Shown here piece by piece: positions 1 through 11,543 of a DNA stretch of 64,000 bases. Origin of the DNA: an uncultured Acidobacteriota bacterium (GTDB taxonomy: Bacteria; Acidobacteriota; Thermoanaerobaculia; UBA5066); assembly GCA_963779415.1 (NCBI GenBank), contig CAVZYA010000002.1:448001-512000 (forward strand), read 5' to 3'. The translations under genes were made by a program, and so were the position numbers. Position 1 is the stretch's first letter. Each line of letters begins with the position of its first letter. The notes under the pieces were generated by a model. The model was not told the DNA's origin. It made no database searches and worked only from the letters and a program-made list of their open reading frames with translations.

Positions 1-73
1 CTACGGCGTCAATCCCGTCTCCGAAGTCCTCGCGGCGGGACAGCCGGTCGTCGTGGGCGGCCGGCGCGTCTAA
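1..73 (+). CDS. hutI: 3' end of an amidohydrolase, probably imidazolonepropionase (partial)
   Basis: Frame from position 2 reads YGVNPVSEVLAAGQPVVVGGRRV*, resembling the HutI C-terminus; followed by a cyclodeaminase gene (histidine utilisation context). Confidence 0.55.
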   Translation, partial: YGVNPVSEVLAAGQPVVVGGRRV

Positions 74-97
74 CCCGCTCCTGCTAGTCTCGACGGC

Positions 98-736
98 GTG
101 AGCACGCTCGCCTCTCTTCCCGTCGCCGGATTCGCCGCCGCCCTCGCCTCCGATGCCCCCGCCCCGGGGGGCGGCTCCGCGTCCGCCGCCGCCGGCGCCT
201 TCGGGGCAGGTCTCCTCGCCATGGTCGTCCGACTGACGCTCGGAAAAGAGAAGTACCGGGAGTCGTGGGAGACGCTGGAGGCCCTCCTTCCGAAGCTCGA
301 CGAGTCCCGGACACGGCTCCTCGAGCTGGTCGACGAGGACACGAAGGCGTACGACGCGATCGTCGCGGCCCGGAAGCTCCCGAAGGAAAGCGACGCGGAG
401 AAGGTGGCCCGGAAGAAGGCGATCGACGAGGCGACGATCGCCGCCACGACCGTGCCGATGCAGACGGCCTTCTTCGCGGAGCAGGCGCTCCGGGCCGGCC
501 GGACCGTGGGCGAAAAGGGAAACCCGAACGCGGCTTCCGACGCGTGGGTCGCCGCTCTCCTCCTTTCGGCCGCCGTCGACGGGGCCCTCGCGAACGTCCG
601 GATCAACCTCGGCGGGGTCGTCGACCCCGATCTGAAGCGGGGCTTTTCCGAAGACGCGGACGATCTCGCCAGAAAGAGCGCTCTCTCGCTGGAGGCGTGC
701 CGGGCGCTCGCCCGGTCCCGCGGCCTCGCCGCGTGA
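98..736 (+). CDS. Formiminotetrahydrofolate cyclodeaminase / cyclohydrolase family protein (FTCD_C)
   Basis: APAPGGGSASA motif, LVDEDTKAY, GNPNAASDA and NVRINL are typical of FTCD_C. Confidence 0.9.
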   Translation: MSTLASLPVAGFAAALASDAPAPGGGSASAAAGAFGAGLLAMVVRLTLGKEKYRESWETLEALLPKLDESRTRLLELVDEDTKAYDAIVAARKLPKESDAEKVARKKAIDEATIAATTVPMQTAFFAEQALRAGRTVGEKGNPNAASDAWVAALLLSAAVDGALANVRINLGGVVDPDLKRGFSEDADDLARKSALSLEACRALARSRGLAA

Positions 737-1788
737 AGCGGCGCGTCCCCCTCGCGGCGGCCGTCATGGTCGTCGTCGCCGCGGCGCTTCTCCCGCATCT
801 CGTCCTCGCGGCGCCCTTTCATCTCGGCCCGGCCCGCGAGCTCTTCGAGGCGCCGACGGGCTTCCACCTTGACACCGGCATCGAGAGCGACGAGCCGCCG
901 ACTCCGGCTCCCGTCCGGGCCGAGGCGACGCTTCCGGCCCCGAAGAAGCTCTTCGACGGGAAGACGACGCTCTTTACCGCCGGGGTTCTCGTCGCGACGC
1001 CGATTCTCGGCTACTTCACCTGGTGGAGCTCCGACTGGACCGGCCACTTCAAGACCGTTGACGAAGGGTGGTTCGGCGAGGAGACCTACGCCGGCGGTGC
1101 CGACAAGGCCTCGCACATCACCTTCGGCTACATGTTCACACTCGCGTTCCAGTCCGCCTACCGGAGTCTCGGGAAGACACCGACCGAGGCGCGGGGCCTC
1201 GCCTTCGGCCTGACGGTCCTCTCCGGGTTTCTCATCGAGATCGGGGACGGGTTCTCGCGGTACGGCTTCTCGTGGCAGGACGCCACGACCAACACGATCG
1301 GGGCCGGAATCGCGACGCTCGTCGATGCGTACGGCCTGAAGGAGACCTTCGGGCTCCGCTTCGGCTGGGTCCCGAACTCGATTCCGCCCCCCTGCTGCCG
1401 CTACGCCGGCTACGGGAGCGACTATTCGGGGGAGATCTACACGGCGGACCTGAAGCTTGCGGGACTGCTTCCCCGGATGGGCGTCTCGCCGGGACTCTTT
1501 CGTTTTCTTCTGGTCGGGATGACGTACAGCAGCAAGGGCTACCGCCACTCCCCTCCCGACTACCGGCAGCGGCAGCTCGGCGTCGAGGTCGGCCTCGCCC
1601 TGTCACCGATCCTTCGCGCCGTCGGCGTCCGCGACACCACCTGGTGGGGGAAGTCCCTTCTCGTCTTCTTCGAGTACTTCCGCGTCCCCTACACCTCGTT
1701 CGGCTGGCAGTACGACCTGAACCACGGAAAGTGGTACGGGCCGAACACCGGCGGGACGTACGACCCCGGCTACATCATCTACGACTGA
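733..1788 (+). CDS. DUF2279 / YfiM-like exported or membrane protein
   Basis: GTG start overlaps the upstream TGA; signal-like N-terminus; GGADKASH and EIGDGFS...GFSWQD...N motifs. Confidence 0.7.
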   Translation: MKRRVPLAAAVMVVVAAALLPHLVLAAPFHLGPARELFEAPTGFHLDTGIESDEPPTPAPVRAEATLPAPKKLFDGKTTLFTAGVLVATPILGYFTWWSSDWTGHFKTVDEGWFGEETYAGGADKASHITFGYMFTLAFQSAYRSLGKTPTEARGLAFGLTVLSGFLIEIGDGFSRYGFSWQDATTNTIGAGIATLVDAYGLKETFGLRFGWVPNSIPPPCCRYAGYGSDYSGEIYTADLKLAGLLPRMGVSPGLFRFLLVGMTYSSKGYRHSPPDYRQRQLGVEVGLALSPILRAVGVRDTTWWGKSLLVFFEYFRVPYTSFGWQYDLNHGKWYGPNTGGTYDPGYIIYD

Positions 1789-2885
1789 GCCGACCCGCGC
1801 GCCGAAAGCCACGCGCCGAACCGCTCGGCGGGCCAGGCGTTGACCACCCGGTCGGGCGGGATCCCGACGAGGCGCGCGACGGCGAGGCCCCACGTGACGT
1901 GCGTCAGGTGGCGCGCGGCGTGGGCGTCGCTGGCGATCGTGAAGAGGCACCCCGCATCCGCCGCGAGACGCGCGAGCGAAGGGGAGAGGTCGAGCCGCTC
2001 CGGGCAGCCGTTCAGCTCGATGGCGACGCCGCGCTCGGCGGCGCGCGAGAAGACGCGCGGCCAGTCGGCACGGACGCCCGGGCGGATGTTGTAGAGACGT
2101 CCCCGCGGATGGCCGAGGACGGCGACGCCCGGCGTCTCCACCGCGCGAACGAGCCGGGACGTCTGGTCGCGCGGGTCGCGAAGCTCCGTGTGGACCGAGG
2201 CGACGACGGCCGCGATCTCGGGGACCCGCGACGGGAGGATGTCGATCGTCCCGTCCTCCGCGATGTTCGCTTCGGCCCCGAGGAACATGACGAGGCCACG
2301 GTCGGCCCGTTCGTTCGCCCGGTCCACCTCCCGCCGCTCGGCGCGGAAGTCGCCCGGAAAGAGCCCTCCCGCCACGGCACAGTCCCGGGCGTGATCCGTC
2401 AGGAGGGCATAGCCGTCGCCGCGCGCGTCGAGGGCGCGGTGAAGCGCGGCGAGCGGCATCCGCCCGTCCGACCGGTCCGAGTGGAGATGGACGTCTCCCC
2501 GGAGGTCGGCCATCGAGATCCCCTCCGGGGCGGCGAGGATCCGGTCGACGTCGGCCTGCGAGAGGAAGTCCGCCTTGACGTTTTCGCGCGGGTCTTCGCG
2601 GTCGAGGATCGCCGCGAGCTGTTCGGAGATGATCTCGTCCGAGCCGCAGGAGAGAAAGCCTCCGATGGCGTCCGCGGCGCGCGTCGAGACGCCGGGGAGG
2701 GCGACGATCGCGAGGCGCCGCCCCCAGAGATCGACGTCGAGCTGCCGGAGGGTCCGGGCGGCGTCCCGGTACTCGGCCGCCGGGCGCGCCCCCGGCTCCT
2801 CCGCGTCCGCAAGGGCGAGAAGAGCAGATGCGATCCGTGTGTTCGTGACCGGCGGCGCCGGCCTCGGCTGCGGATTCGACGACAT
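1779..2885 (-). CDS. PolX-like protein: N-terminal HhH/8-kDa region plus PHP domain, no polymerase core
   Basis: TNTRIASALLALAD...YRDAARTL...LPGV resembles the PolX N-terminus; PHP motifs DVHLHSDRSDG, TDHA, GAEANI, LGHP, ELN, ASDAH. Confidence 0.8.
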   Translation of the reverse strand: MSSNPQPRPAPPVTNTRIASALLALADAEEPGARPAAEYRDAARTLRQLDVDLWGRRLAIVALPGVSTRAADAIGGFLSCGSDEIISEQLAAILDREDPRENVKADFLSQADVDRILAAPEGISMADLRGDVHLHSDRSDGRMPLAALHRALDARGDGYALLTDHARDCAVAGGLFPGDFRAERREVDRANERADRGLVMFLGAEANIAEDGTIDILPSRVPEIAAVVASVHTELRDPRDQTSRLVRAVETPGVAVLGHPRGRLYNIRPGVRADWPRVFSRAAERGVAIELNGCPERLDLSPSLARLAADAGCLFTIASDAHAARHLTHVTWGLAVARLVGIPPDRVVNAWPAERFGAWLSARGSAQS

Positions 2886-2936
2886 CGCGAGGCCCCGCCC
2901 GATTGTAAGGGGCGCTCCGGCCGTAGACTTCTCGGA

Positions 2937-5635
2937 ATGCCCCCGACGCTCGCCCTCGTCGACGCCTCGAACTACCTCTACCGCGCCTTCTACGCGATCC
3001 GCGGCCTGACCGGCCCGGGAGGAAGGCCGACGAACGCCGTCTTCGGCTTCGCGACGATGCTCCGGAAGCTCCTCGCGGCGCGGAAGCCCGACGCCGTAGC
3101 CATCGCCTTCGACCGCGCCGAGAAGACCTTCCGGCACGCGCTCGACGAGACGTACAAGGCGCAGCGTGCGGCGATGCCGGACGACCTCGTGCCGCAGGTC
3201 GAGGACGCCAAGCGCCTCTGCCGGGCGATGGGGCTGGCCGTCGTCGAGGAGCCGGGATACGAGGCGGACGACCTGATCGCGACCCTCGCCGAGCGGGCGA
3301 AGAAGGAGGGGCTCCGGGTCGAGATCGCCTCGGCCGACAAGGACCTCTTCCAGCTCGTGGACGAGGGCCATGTTTTCGTCTGGCATCCCACGAAGGAGGA
3401 GTTGCTCGACGCGAAGGGAGTCGAAGCCTTCTTCGGCGTCCCGCCGGAGAAGGTCGTCGACGTCCTCGCCCTGATGGGAGACGCCTCGGACAACATCCCG
3501 GGCGTCGCCGGGATCGGCGAGAAGGGGGCGCGCGAACTGATCGCGGCGTTCGGCTCGCTCGACGGCGTCTACGCCCGCCTCGGCGAGGTGACCGGGAAGA
3601 AGCGCGAGGCGCTGGAGAAAGGGAAGGAAGACGCCCTCCGGTCCCGCGTCCTTGCGACCGTGGCGCGCGACGCGCCCGTTCCGGAGGGAGAGGTCCTCTC
3701 GCTCTTCCGGATCCCGCCCCCGACGCCTTCGCGGACACGGGAGCTCGCGGCCTTCTACGAGGAGCTCGGCTTTTCGAAGCTCAAGAAGGAGCTGCTCGAC
3801 AGCGCCGGGAGACGCGGAGGAGTCGCCGCCTCCCGTGTCGGCGTCATCCGGGACGGGGGCGCTCCGATGGGTGACGGAAGCGGCCGCACTTGCGGCCTTC
3901 ATGGCCGCGGCCCGAAGGGAGGGACGTGTGGGGATCCACGTGGAGTGCGCGCCGCCGCACCCGTTCCCCGCTGAGCCGCTCGTCGCCGCTGCGTCGCTTC
4001 CGTCGGGTGACGGCATCGCCTTTCCGCTCACCTCCTCCGAAGGGATTGAGACCCTCGCCTCGCTCTTCCGGGAGGTGCCGGTCGTCGCTCACGACGCCAA
4101 GCGGCTTTTCCTCGCCGCGGCGGCTCTCGGAATCGCCCCGCCTTCGCGCGTCGTCGACGTCATGCTCGAAAGCTACGTCGTGTCGCCCGGGATCCACGCC
4201 CACGACCTCTCTGGCGATGCGCGTGGCGTCCTCGACCTCCCCCCGGAATCGATACCGTCGCTCAAGGAGCTGGCCGGGAAGGAGGGGCTCTCGTCGGCCG
4301 AGCCTCTCGCGTCGGAAGCGGGGCTTGCCTACCTCGCGCCCCGGGCGCGCCTTCCGCTCGCTCTCGAGACGGCGCTCGGCGGGAAGCTCGCAGCGGCGCC
4401 CGCTCTTCGGACGATCCTCGCGGAGATCGAGCAGCCGCTCATTCCCGTTCTCGCGCGGATGGAGATCGCCGGGATCGCCGTCGACCGGGGGACGCTCGCG
4501 ATCCTCTCGAAGGAGTTCGGCGAGCGGCTCGCGGCCCTGGAAGCGAATATCCACGAGGCGGCCGGCGAGGCTTTCAACATCGGATCGCCGCAGCAGCTCG
4601 GACGGATCCTCTTCGAGAAGCTCGCGTATCCGTCGCTCAGGAAGACGGCCAAGACGAAAGCCTACGCGACGGGATCGGACGTCCTCGAGGAGCTGGCCTC
4701 CCTCGAGACGGGGCCGGTGCCGGGCCTCGTCCTCGAATGGCGCGAGCTTTCGAAGCTGAAGGGGACGTATCTCGACGCGCTCCCGGAGTTCCTCGCGAAG
4801 GACGGCCGGATCCACACCCGTTACGACCAGGCCGTCGCGGCGACAGGTCGGCTCTCGTCGAACGACCCGAACCTGCAGAACATCCCCGTGAGAACGGAAG
4901 CGGGGCGGCAGATCCGCCGCGCCTTCGTCGCGCCGAAGGGGCGGCTTCTCGTGACGGCCGACTACTCCCAGGTCGAGCTTCGGATCCTCGCCCACCTCTC
5001 GGGGGACGAAGCGCTGATCGACGTCTTCCGGCGCGGAGAGGACATCCACCGCGCGACCGCCGCGAAGATGTTCGGAATCCCGCTCGAGAAGGTGACGGCC
5101 GATCAGCGGCGGAGCGCCAAGACGATCAACTTCGGAATCCTCTACGGCATGGGGGCCTTCGCCCTCGCGGGGCAGCTCGGCGTCCCGCGCGCCGAGGCGA
5201 AGGAGTTCATCACGGCCTACTTCGACCGCTTCCCGAAGGTGCGCGCCTGCCTCGACGGCGTCCTCGAAAAGGCACGCGAAACGGGAAGGACCGAGACGAT
5301 CTTCGGCCGCGTCCGCCCGATCCCGGGACTTTCCGACCGGAACCACGCCGTCCGGGCGAACGCCGAGCGGATGGCGATGAACGCGCCGTTCCAGGGCTCG
5401 GCAGCCGACCTGATCAAGCGCGCCATGATCACGCTCGACGCCGCGCTCTCCCGCGAGATTCCATCGGTGCGGCCTCCTCCTTCAGGTGCACGACGAGCTG
5501 GTCCTCGAGTGCGACGCGAAGGACGCCGACGAGGCCGCGGCCCTCGTGCGTCGGACGATGGAAGGCGCCGCGTCGCTCGCCGTCCCTCTCACGGTCGACG
5601 TCGGGCGCGGCGCGAACTGGGCCGAGGCGAAGTGA
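2937..5635 (+). CDS. polA: DNA polymerase I (frameshifts near 3805 and 5472, probably sequencing errors)
   Basis: 5'-3' exonuclease motifs DASNYLYRAFYA, YEADD, GDASDNIPGV; polymerase motifs TGRLSSNDPNLQNIP, ADYSQVELR, AKTINFGILYG; LLQVHDEL resumes in another frame and ends NWAEAK*. Confidence 0.95.
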
Positions 5636-5661
5636 CGCGCGCGGGGCGTCCCGCCCGTAGA

Positions 5662-6603
5662 ATGGCCCTCGTGCTCCCGAATGGCTCCCGGCTCCTCGCC
5701 GCCCTCGCCGCGGCCGGAGCCTCCGGCCTCCTTTCGGCTCAGATGCCGCCGCCCACCCCCATCCCGGTGGCCCCCGGAACGGTCGTCCTCCGGCCGATCG
5801 AGGCGATACCGGAGAGCTGGCGGCCGCCCCCCCAGGAGCTTCCTTACGCCCACCCTCTCTACCGCCCCCTCGACGCGCCGCCGAAACTCCCCGAGAGGCC
5901 GCCGCTCGAGGATTTCGAGGCCCGGACCTGGCTCTGGACCTGTGTGAAGGTGGGGGAGAACGGGCGGGTGACCGAAGGAGCTGCCGTCGAGCCGCCACTC
6001 AAGGGACTGACGGCTCCGCTCGCGGCGCTCTTTCCGCGGTGGCGTTTCGCGCCGCCGCGAAAAGAGGGGAAACCAGTCACGACGTGGGCCACCCTCGGCC
6101 TCAATCTCGCCGTCTCCCTGGAGAAGGGGCTCTTCAGCTCCTTCGACCTGAAGCCCCTCGCGAAGGAGGACCCGATCCCGTCCGTCGTCCGCGAGATCCC
6201 CCCCGAAGATTTTCTGAAAGGCTTCCCGAACGAGATCGCGCCGCCCGAACCGGGCGTTCTTTCGGTGGAAGAGTGCGACGCGTTCCCGGCGCCCGACTCG
6301 ATCAAGTGGAGCTTCGACGCCGCGAGGAGCCGCTCCCGGATCACGGCGCTCGTTCTCGTCTCCGAAGAAGGAAAAGTGGCGCGGATCCTTCCGACGGGGG
6401 AGACGAACGAGCCGCTCGTCCTCGACTGGCTCCGGAAGAACGCATCGACCTGGAAGCTGACGCCGGGGATGGCAGCCGGAAAGCCCGTCGCTTCGTGGAT
6501 GTCGCTCGACGCTGCCCTCGACTACACGATCGACTCCGCGAAGAAGAAGGCCGAGCGCGCCGTCCGGAAGAACCTCCGCGGCACCCGGACGGACTCTCCC
6601 TAG
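5662..6603 (+). CDS. Exported proline-rich protein with TonB-C-like domains
   Basis: Signal-like start, Pro-rich linker, WRFAPPRKEGKPV and WKLTPGMAAGKPV repeats typical of TonB C-terminal domains. Confidence 0.6.
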   Translation: MALVLPNGSRLLAALAAAGASGLLSAQMPPPTPIPVAPGTVVLRPIEAIPESWRPPPQELPYAHPLYRPLDAPPKLPERPPLEDFEARTWLWTCVKVGENGRVTEGAAVEPPLKGLTAPLAALFPRWRFAPPRKEGKPVTTWATLGLNLAVSLEKGLFSSFDLKPLAKEDPIPSVVREIPPEDFLKGFPNEIAPPEPGVLSVEECDAFPAPDSIKWSFDAARSRSRITALVLVSEEGKVARILPTGETNEPLVLDWLRKNASTWKLTPGMAAGKPVASWMSLDAALDYTIDSAKKKAERAVRKNLRGTRTDSP

Positions 6604-8530
6604 TCGACTTTCCGGAGGTCCCCCACCCGCCGGGTCCGTCTCTTTCCATCGAGATACTCGAGGAGGGGGATGAGGGTCTTCCGCGTGAGGCCCCAGAGAT
6701 CGCGGAAGGCGGCGACGGGGACGGTCTGCCCCTTCAGGGCGTCGAGCTTCTTCTCGGCCGCCGCGAGAACGTCGCGGTGGACGACGAGATCGGGGGCGAT
6801 CCGGACGAGAACGCCCCCTTTGATCAGGTGTCCGACGAGCCCGTCGATCACCTGCGGCTTGGCCCCGATCTTCGGGGCGAGATCGGCGCTCTTCGGCGGC
6901 TCCCAGAGGGCGGCGCGGTACCCTTCGGCGACACGCGCCGAGAGCCCCTCGGCTTCCGGTGAGAGGCCGGATGCCGCGGCCCCGGGCGGAGCGACGCGGT
7001 CTCCCGAGATCGAGAGCTTCCGTCCCTTTTCGAGAAGGGCGAGCCATCCGTCCGCCGTTTCGCGCGGGAGCCCTCGTCCGAGCTTCTCGAGGAACTCGCC
7101 CCGCGCGACGGAGAGCGAGGCCGCACCGCTCGCTTTCTGATCCGAGAAGAGCGCCGTGGCCCGTCGGGACATCTCGTCGACCGTTCGCGAGTGGACGTAC
7201 GTCCCGGCGGGGAGCTTCAGCGCGGATCCGGCCGAAGCCAGCGCCTCGAGCCGCTCGCGCGCGATGCTCTCCGGGACGCCGAGCCTCTGGCCGAGGCCGG
7301 AGGAGGTGAGGCCGGCGGCCCCCGCTTCGCGCAGGAGGAGATCGGCGATCCGTGCTTCGTCGCGGGCGGCGAGAAGAGCGAGCGCCTCGGGCAGCTCCTT
7401 CGTCCCGAACGACTTCTTCCGGATCCGCGGCCGCCCGGTGTCGAGAACCCTCCCGCCCCCGAGAGTCTCGACGGGAGAGGGGCGACGGAGGATGAAGCGG
7501 TCGCCGGGGCGCGCCGGAAGGGACGATTCGAGGACGAGCTGGGCGAAGCGAGTCGGAACCGGGGGTCAGTTCTTTCGCCTCGGACCGGCCGGCGCCGGGG
7601 ATGAGATGGATCTTTCCGGCGACGTCGGCCGTGCCGTGATGGACGCGGACGCGGGCGCCGTCGGGGAGCGGCGAGGCGACCTCGGGAAGGAGGGCCGCCT
7701 CGACCGTGAGGAGAGACGCGGGGCGAAGAGCGTCCTTCGGCACGAGCGCCTGCCCGCGCCGGAGCTCGGCCCGCTCGATCCCCGCGAGGTTCAGGCTCGT
7801 CCGCTCTCCGGCGAAGGCCTCGCGGCGCTCCTCGCCATGGACCTCGACGCGCCGGACGCGCACCTCGCTCCCGTCCGGAAGAAGCGTCAGCCGGTCGTCG
7901 ACCGCGATCCGCCCGCCGTCGAGCGTCCCGGTCACGACGGGGCCGAAGCCCTTCATCGTGAAGGCGCGGTCGAGGAAGAGGCGCGTGGGGCGGCGGTCCC
8001 GGGCCGACCGGTCGAGGCGCCCCGCCGCCTGGGTGAGCGCGCTCTTCAGTTCCGGAATCCCCGCTCCCGTCACGGCCGAGACGGGGAGGACGGGAGCCTT
8101 TTCGAGGAACGTCCCCTTCACGAGGTCCGCGGATCTCCTCCTCGACGACGGCGCCGGTCTCGGCGTCGACGAGGTCGCTCTTCGTCCGCGCGATCACCCC
8201 GCTCCTCACGTCGAGCAAGGAGAGAATCGCGAGATGCTCGCGCGTCTGGGGCATGACCGAGTCGTCCGAGGCGACGACGAAGAGGACGACGTCGACCCCC
8301 TGCGCCCCGGCCACCATCGTCCGGACGAACTTCTCGTGGCCGGGGACGTCGACGAAGGAGAAGACGATCCCGTCCCACGCCGCGTGGGCGAAGCCGAGGT
8401 CGATCGTGATGCCGCGCTCCTTCTCCTCCGGGAGCCGGTCGGGATCGGTTCCGGTCAGCGCCTTCACGAGCGCGCTCTTGCCGTGGTCGATGTGTCCGGC
8501 GGTGCCGACGAGGATCCTTCGATCGGCCAT
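6600..8530 (-). CDS. selB: Selenocysteine-specific elongation factor SelB (about three frameshifts)
   Basis: [48 protein letters not shown] and C-terminal winged helix [15 protein letters not shown]...TRRVGD across several frames. Confidence 0.93.
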
Positions 8531-8532
8531 CG

Positions 8533-10207
8533 TCAGTACTCCGGCGCCGAGACCGGCGCGGGGCTCTCGGGGATGGGGGTCTCGCCGGCGAGGCGCGCGC
8601 GGACGGCGCGGGCGACGCGAAGGCCGTCGAGGGCGGCCGAGACGATCCCTCCCGCGAAGCCGGCCCCCTCGCCCGCGGGGAAGAGCCCGGGGAGAGACGG
8701 ACTCGCACGAAGTCGTCGCGCTCGATCCGGACGGGCGAGGAGGTTCGCGATTCGGGGGCGATCAGGACCGCCTCGTCGGAGACGAACCCCTTCATCGTCC
8801 GGTCGAACGCGAGGATCCCCTCGGCGAGCGCGTCGAGATAGGGGGGCGGATAGAGCGAGTCGAGGCGGCCGCGGGACGGCGGCAGGGCCGTACGTCGTCG
8901 TCGGGAGGTCGCGCGGCTGGGCCGGCGCGTCCGGCTGTCAGGAAGTCCGTCACCCGGATCGCCGGCGCGGCGTACGTCCCGCCGGCGAGGTCGAAGGCCG
9001 CGCGCTCCACCCGCCGCTGGAAGGCCTGGCCGCGGAGGACGTCGGGGCCCGGCTCTCCCGTCGAAGTCGCTCGCCCGCGTCTGGACGACGAGGCCGGAGT
9101 TCGCGAAGCCCGACTCGCGCTTGTACCGGGACATCCCGTTCGTCACGACGCCCCCCGCTTCCGACGAGCAGGCGATCACCTCGCCGCCGGGGCACATGCA
9201 GAAGGTGTAGACGCCGCGCCCGTTCGAGGCTGGGTGCGTCTTCTTGTAGTCGGCCGGCACGACGCCGCAGGACGCGGAGAGCCGCCCGTACTGGATCCGG
9301 TCGATCGCGTCCTGCGGGTGCTCGATCCGCACCCCCATCGCGAACGCCTTCGGCCGACATCGCGACGCCGCGGCGGTGAAGCGTCTCGACCGTGTCGCGC
9401 GCCGAGTGGCCGAGGGCGAAGATCGCGAGCGTCGCACGGGATCTCCTCGCCGCTCGAGAGGACGAGAGCGCGCGAAGCCGGCCCGGCCTCGCCCTCCGCG
9501 GAGGACGTCGACGACCTTCGCCCGGTAGCGGAGCTCGGCCCCGCGATCGAGGAGGTGCCGCCGGATGTTCCGGAGGACGACGACGAGCCGGTCGGTCCCG
9601 ATGTGGGGCCTGGCGTCGAAGAGGACCGTGTCGGGGGCGCCGAAGCGGTGGAGCGTCTCGAGGACGACGGCGATCTTGTCGTGGCGCTTGCCGCAGGTCA
9701 GCTTGCCGTCGCTGAAGGTCCCCGCGCCCCCCTCGCCGAACTGGACGTTCGACTCGGGGTCGAACGCGCCCCCCTTCCAGAAACGCATCACCTTCCGGTA
9801 GCGCTCCTCCGCCGGGTCGCCCCGCTCGAGGACGAGCGAGCGAGAGCGCCGGCGTCGGCGAGGGCGAGGGCGGCGAAGAGGCCGGCGGGGCCGGTCCCGA
9901 CGACGGCGACGCGCGCCTCGCGGTCGGGGACGGCGGGAGGAGGAGCTCCGGAGCCCGTGGCGGCGGGGCCGCTCCAGCGCAGCGGCGCGGCTGCAGCGGC
10001 GGCGCCGTGGCAGCGGTCGCCGAGCATCGAACTCGACGGCGCATCTCGTAGAAGAGGTCGGGCTTCTGCCGCGCGTCGAGGGACCGGCGGACGAGGGCGA
10101 AGCGCGAGATCGTCCGCGGCGCGACGCCGAGGAGCCGCGCGACGAGCGCGCGCGTCGGGAAGCTCCGGCGCGCGGGTCCGGACGCCCGAGAGGCGGTAGC
10201 TTGGCAC
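8533..10207 (-). CDS. FAD-dependent oxidoreductase, COG2509-like (multiple frameshifts)
   Basis: [61 protein letters not shown]. Confidence 0.85.
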
Positions 10208-10228
10208 GGCGGCTATTCTAGGGACGCG

Positions 10229-10807
10229 ATGGGGGACGGCGGTCCGCGCGAGATCGAGGCGAAGTTCCGGCTCGTCGACCGCGCGCGCCTTCGAGGCGCG
10301 CGCTCGCGCGCTCGGCGCCGCGGGCGAAGGGCCGAGGAGCGGGAGCGGAACGTCCTCCTCGACGACGACGCCGGGACGCTTCAGGCGCGGGGGTGCGCGC
10401 TTCGCGTCCGGACGACGGAGAACGGCGCGGCTCCTCACCTTCAAGGGGAAGGCGGAGTTCTCGAGGGGGCGTGAAGTCGCGCCTCGAGCTGGAGACCGGG
10501 GTCGACGACCCGGACCGGATCGAGGCGCTCCTCGCCGAGCTCGGCTACGTGCCCCGCTTCGGCTACGAGAAGCGCCGGACGACGTGGCGCTTTCGCCGAC
10601 GCGGCGCGCCCGCTCGTCGTCGTCGACGAGACGCCGCTCGGCCTCTTCGCCGAGGTCGAGGGGGACGCCAGGAGGCCGTCCGGGCCCTCGCGGCGGAGCT
10701 GGGCGTCGCGGAAGGAGCCTTCATTCCCGAGTCCTACGCGGCGCTCTGGATGAAGGCGCGCGAGGCGGATCCCGCGCCTCCCGCACGACATGGTCTTCCC
10801 GACGTGA
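10229..10807 (+). CDS. CYTH-domain protein (class IV adenylate cyclase/triphosphatase), frameshifted
   Basis: EIEAKFR, LRVR, SRLELET, YEKRRTTW and DETPLGLFAEVEG across frames. Confidence 0.8.
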
Positions 10808-11543
10808 TCGCGTTCGTCCTCGGCCGCCGGGTTCGGGACCCGCTTCCGCCCCGCGACGCTCACGACGCCGAAGCCGCTCCTTCCGCTCCTCGGCGGCCCG
10901 ATCCTCTTCCGTCTCCTCGACCACCTGCTTTCGCAGGGGACCGACCGGTCGTCCTGAACACCCACCATCTCGCCGAGGCGCTTCGCGCGGCCGTGGGCGA
11001 GCGATACGGCGGCGTCCCGGTCGCCTGGTCGTTCGAGGAAGAGATCCTCGGAACGGCCGGCGGGATCCGGCGCGCGGCGGAGCGGGGGCTCCTCGGCGAC
11101 GCCGTTCGTCGTCGTGAACGGCGACCTCTTCACGACGCTCCCTCTCGGGCGGCTTCTCGCCGCGAGGCGGACGCGGCCGGCGTCGTCTCGGCCCTCGCCG
11201 TGATCCCGAACGCGAGGCCCGAGGTCGACACGCCGCTCTGGGGCGACGCGGCCGGGCGCCTCGTCGCCGTCGGCGGCGAGCGAACCCGGAGGAGGACGCG
11301 ACGGGCCCGTGGCTCTTCACCGGCATCCAGGTCGCGCGCCGCGGCGCTCGTCGAGCGGATCCCGCCCGGCGTCTCGGAGCTGGCGCGCGACGTCCTCGCG
11401 CCCGTCGGCGCGAGAAACGGGACGGCGCCTTCGCCCTCGTCCCGTACCGCGTCCCCGAGGACGGTCTCTGGTTCGACCTCGGAACGCCGGAGCGGCTCGC
11501 GGCAGCCGAGGAGGCGATTAGGGCGAACGGGGGGCGGGACTGA
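10804..11543 (+). CDS. Sugar-phosphate nucleotidyltransferase (NTP_transferase), frameshifted
   Basis: VIAFVL-AAGFGTRFRP...TPKPLLP, VLNTHH, EEEILGTAGGI, VVNGD, WFDLGTPE across frames. Confidence 0.8.

Noticed and set aside
2937-8530. Programmed frameshifting or pseudogenisation of polA and selB
   Set aside because: No slippery sequences recognised and indels are scattered over many neighbouring genes; sequencing error is simpler.
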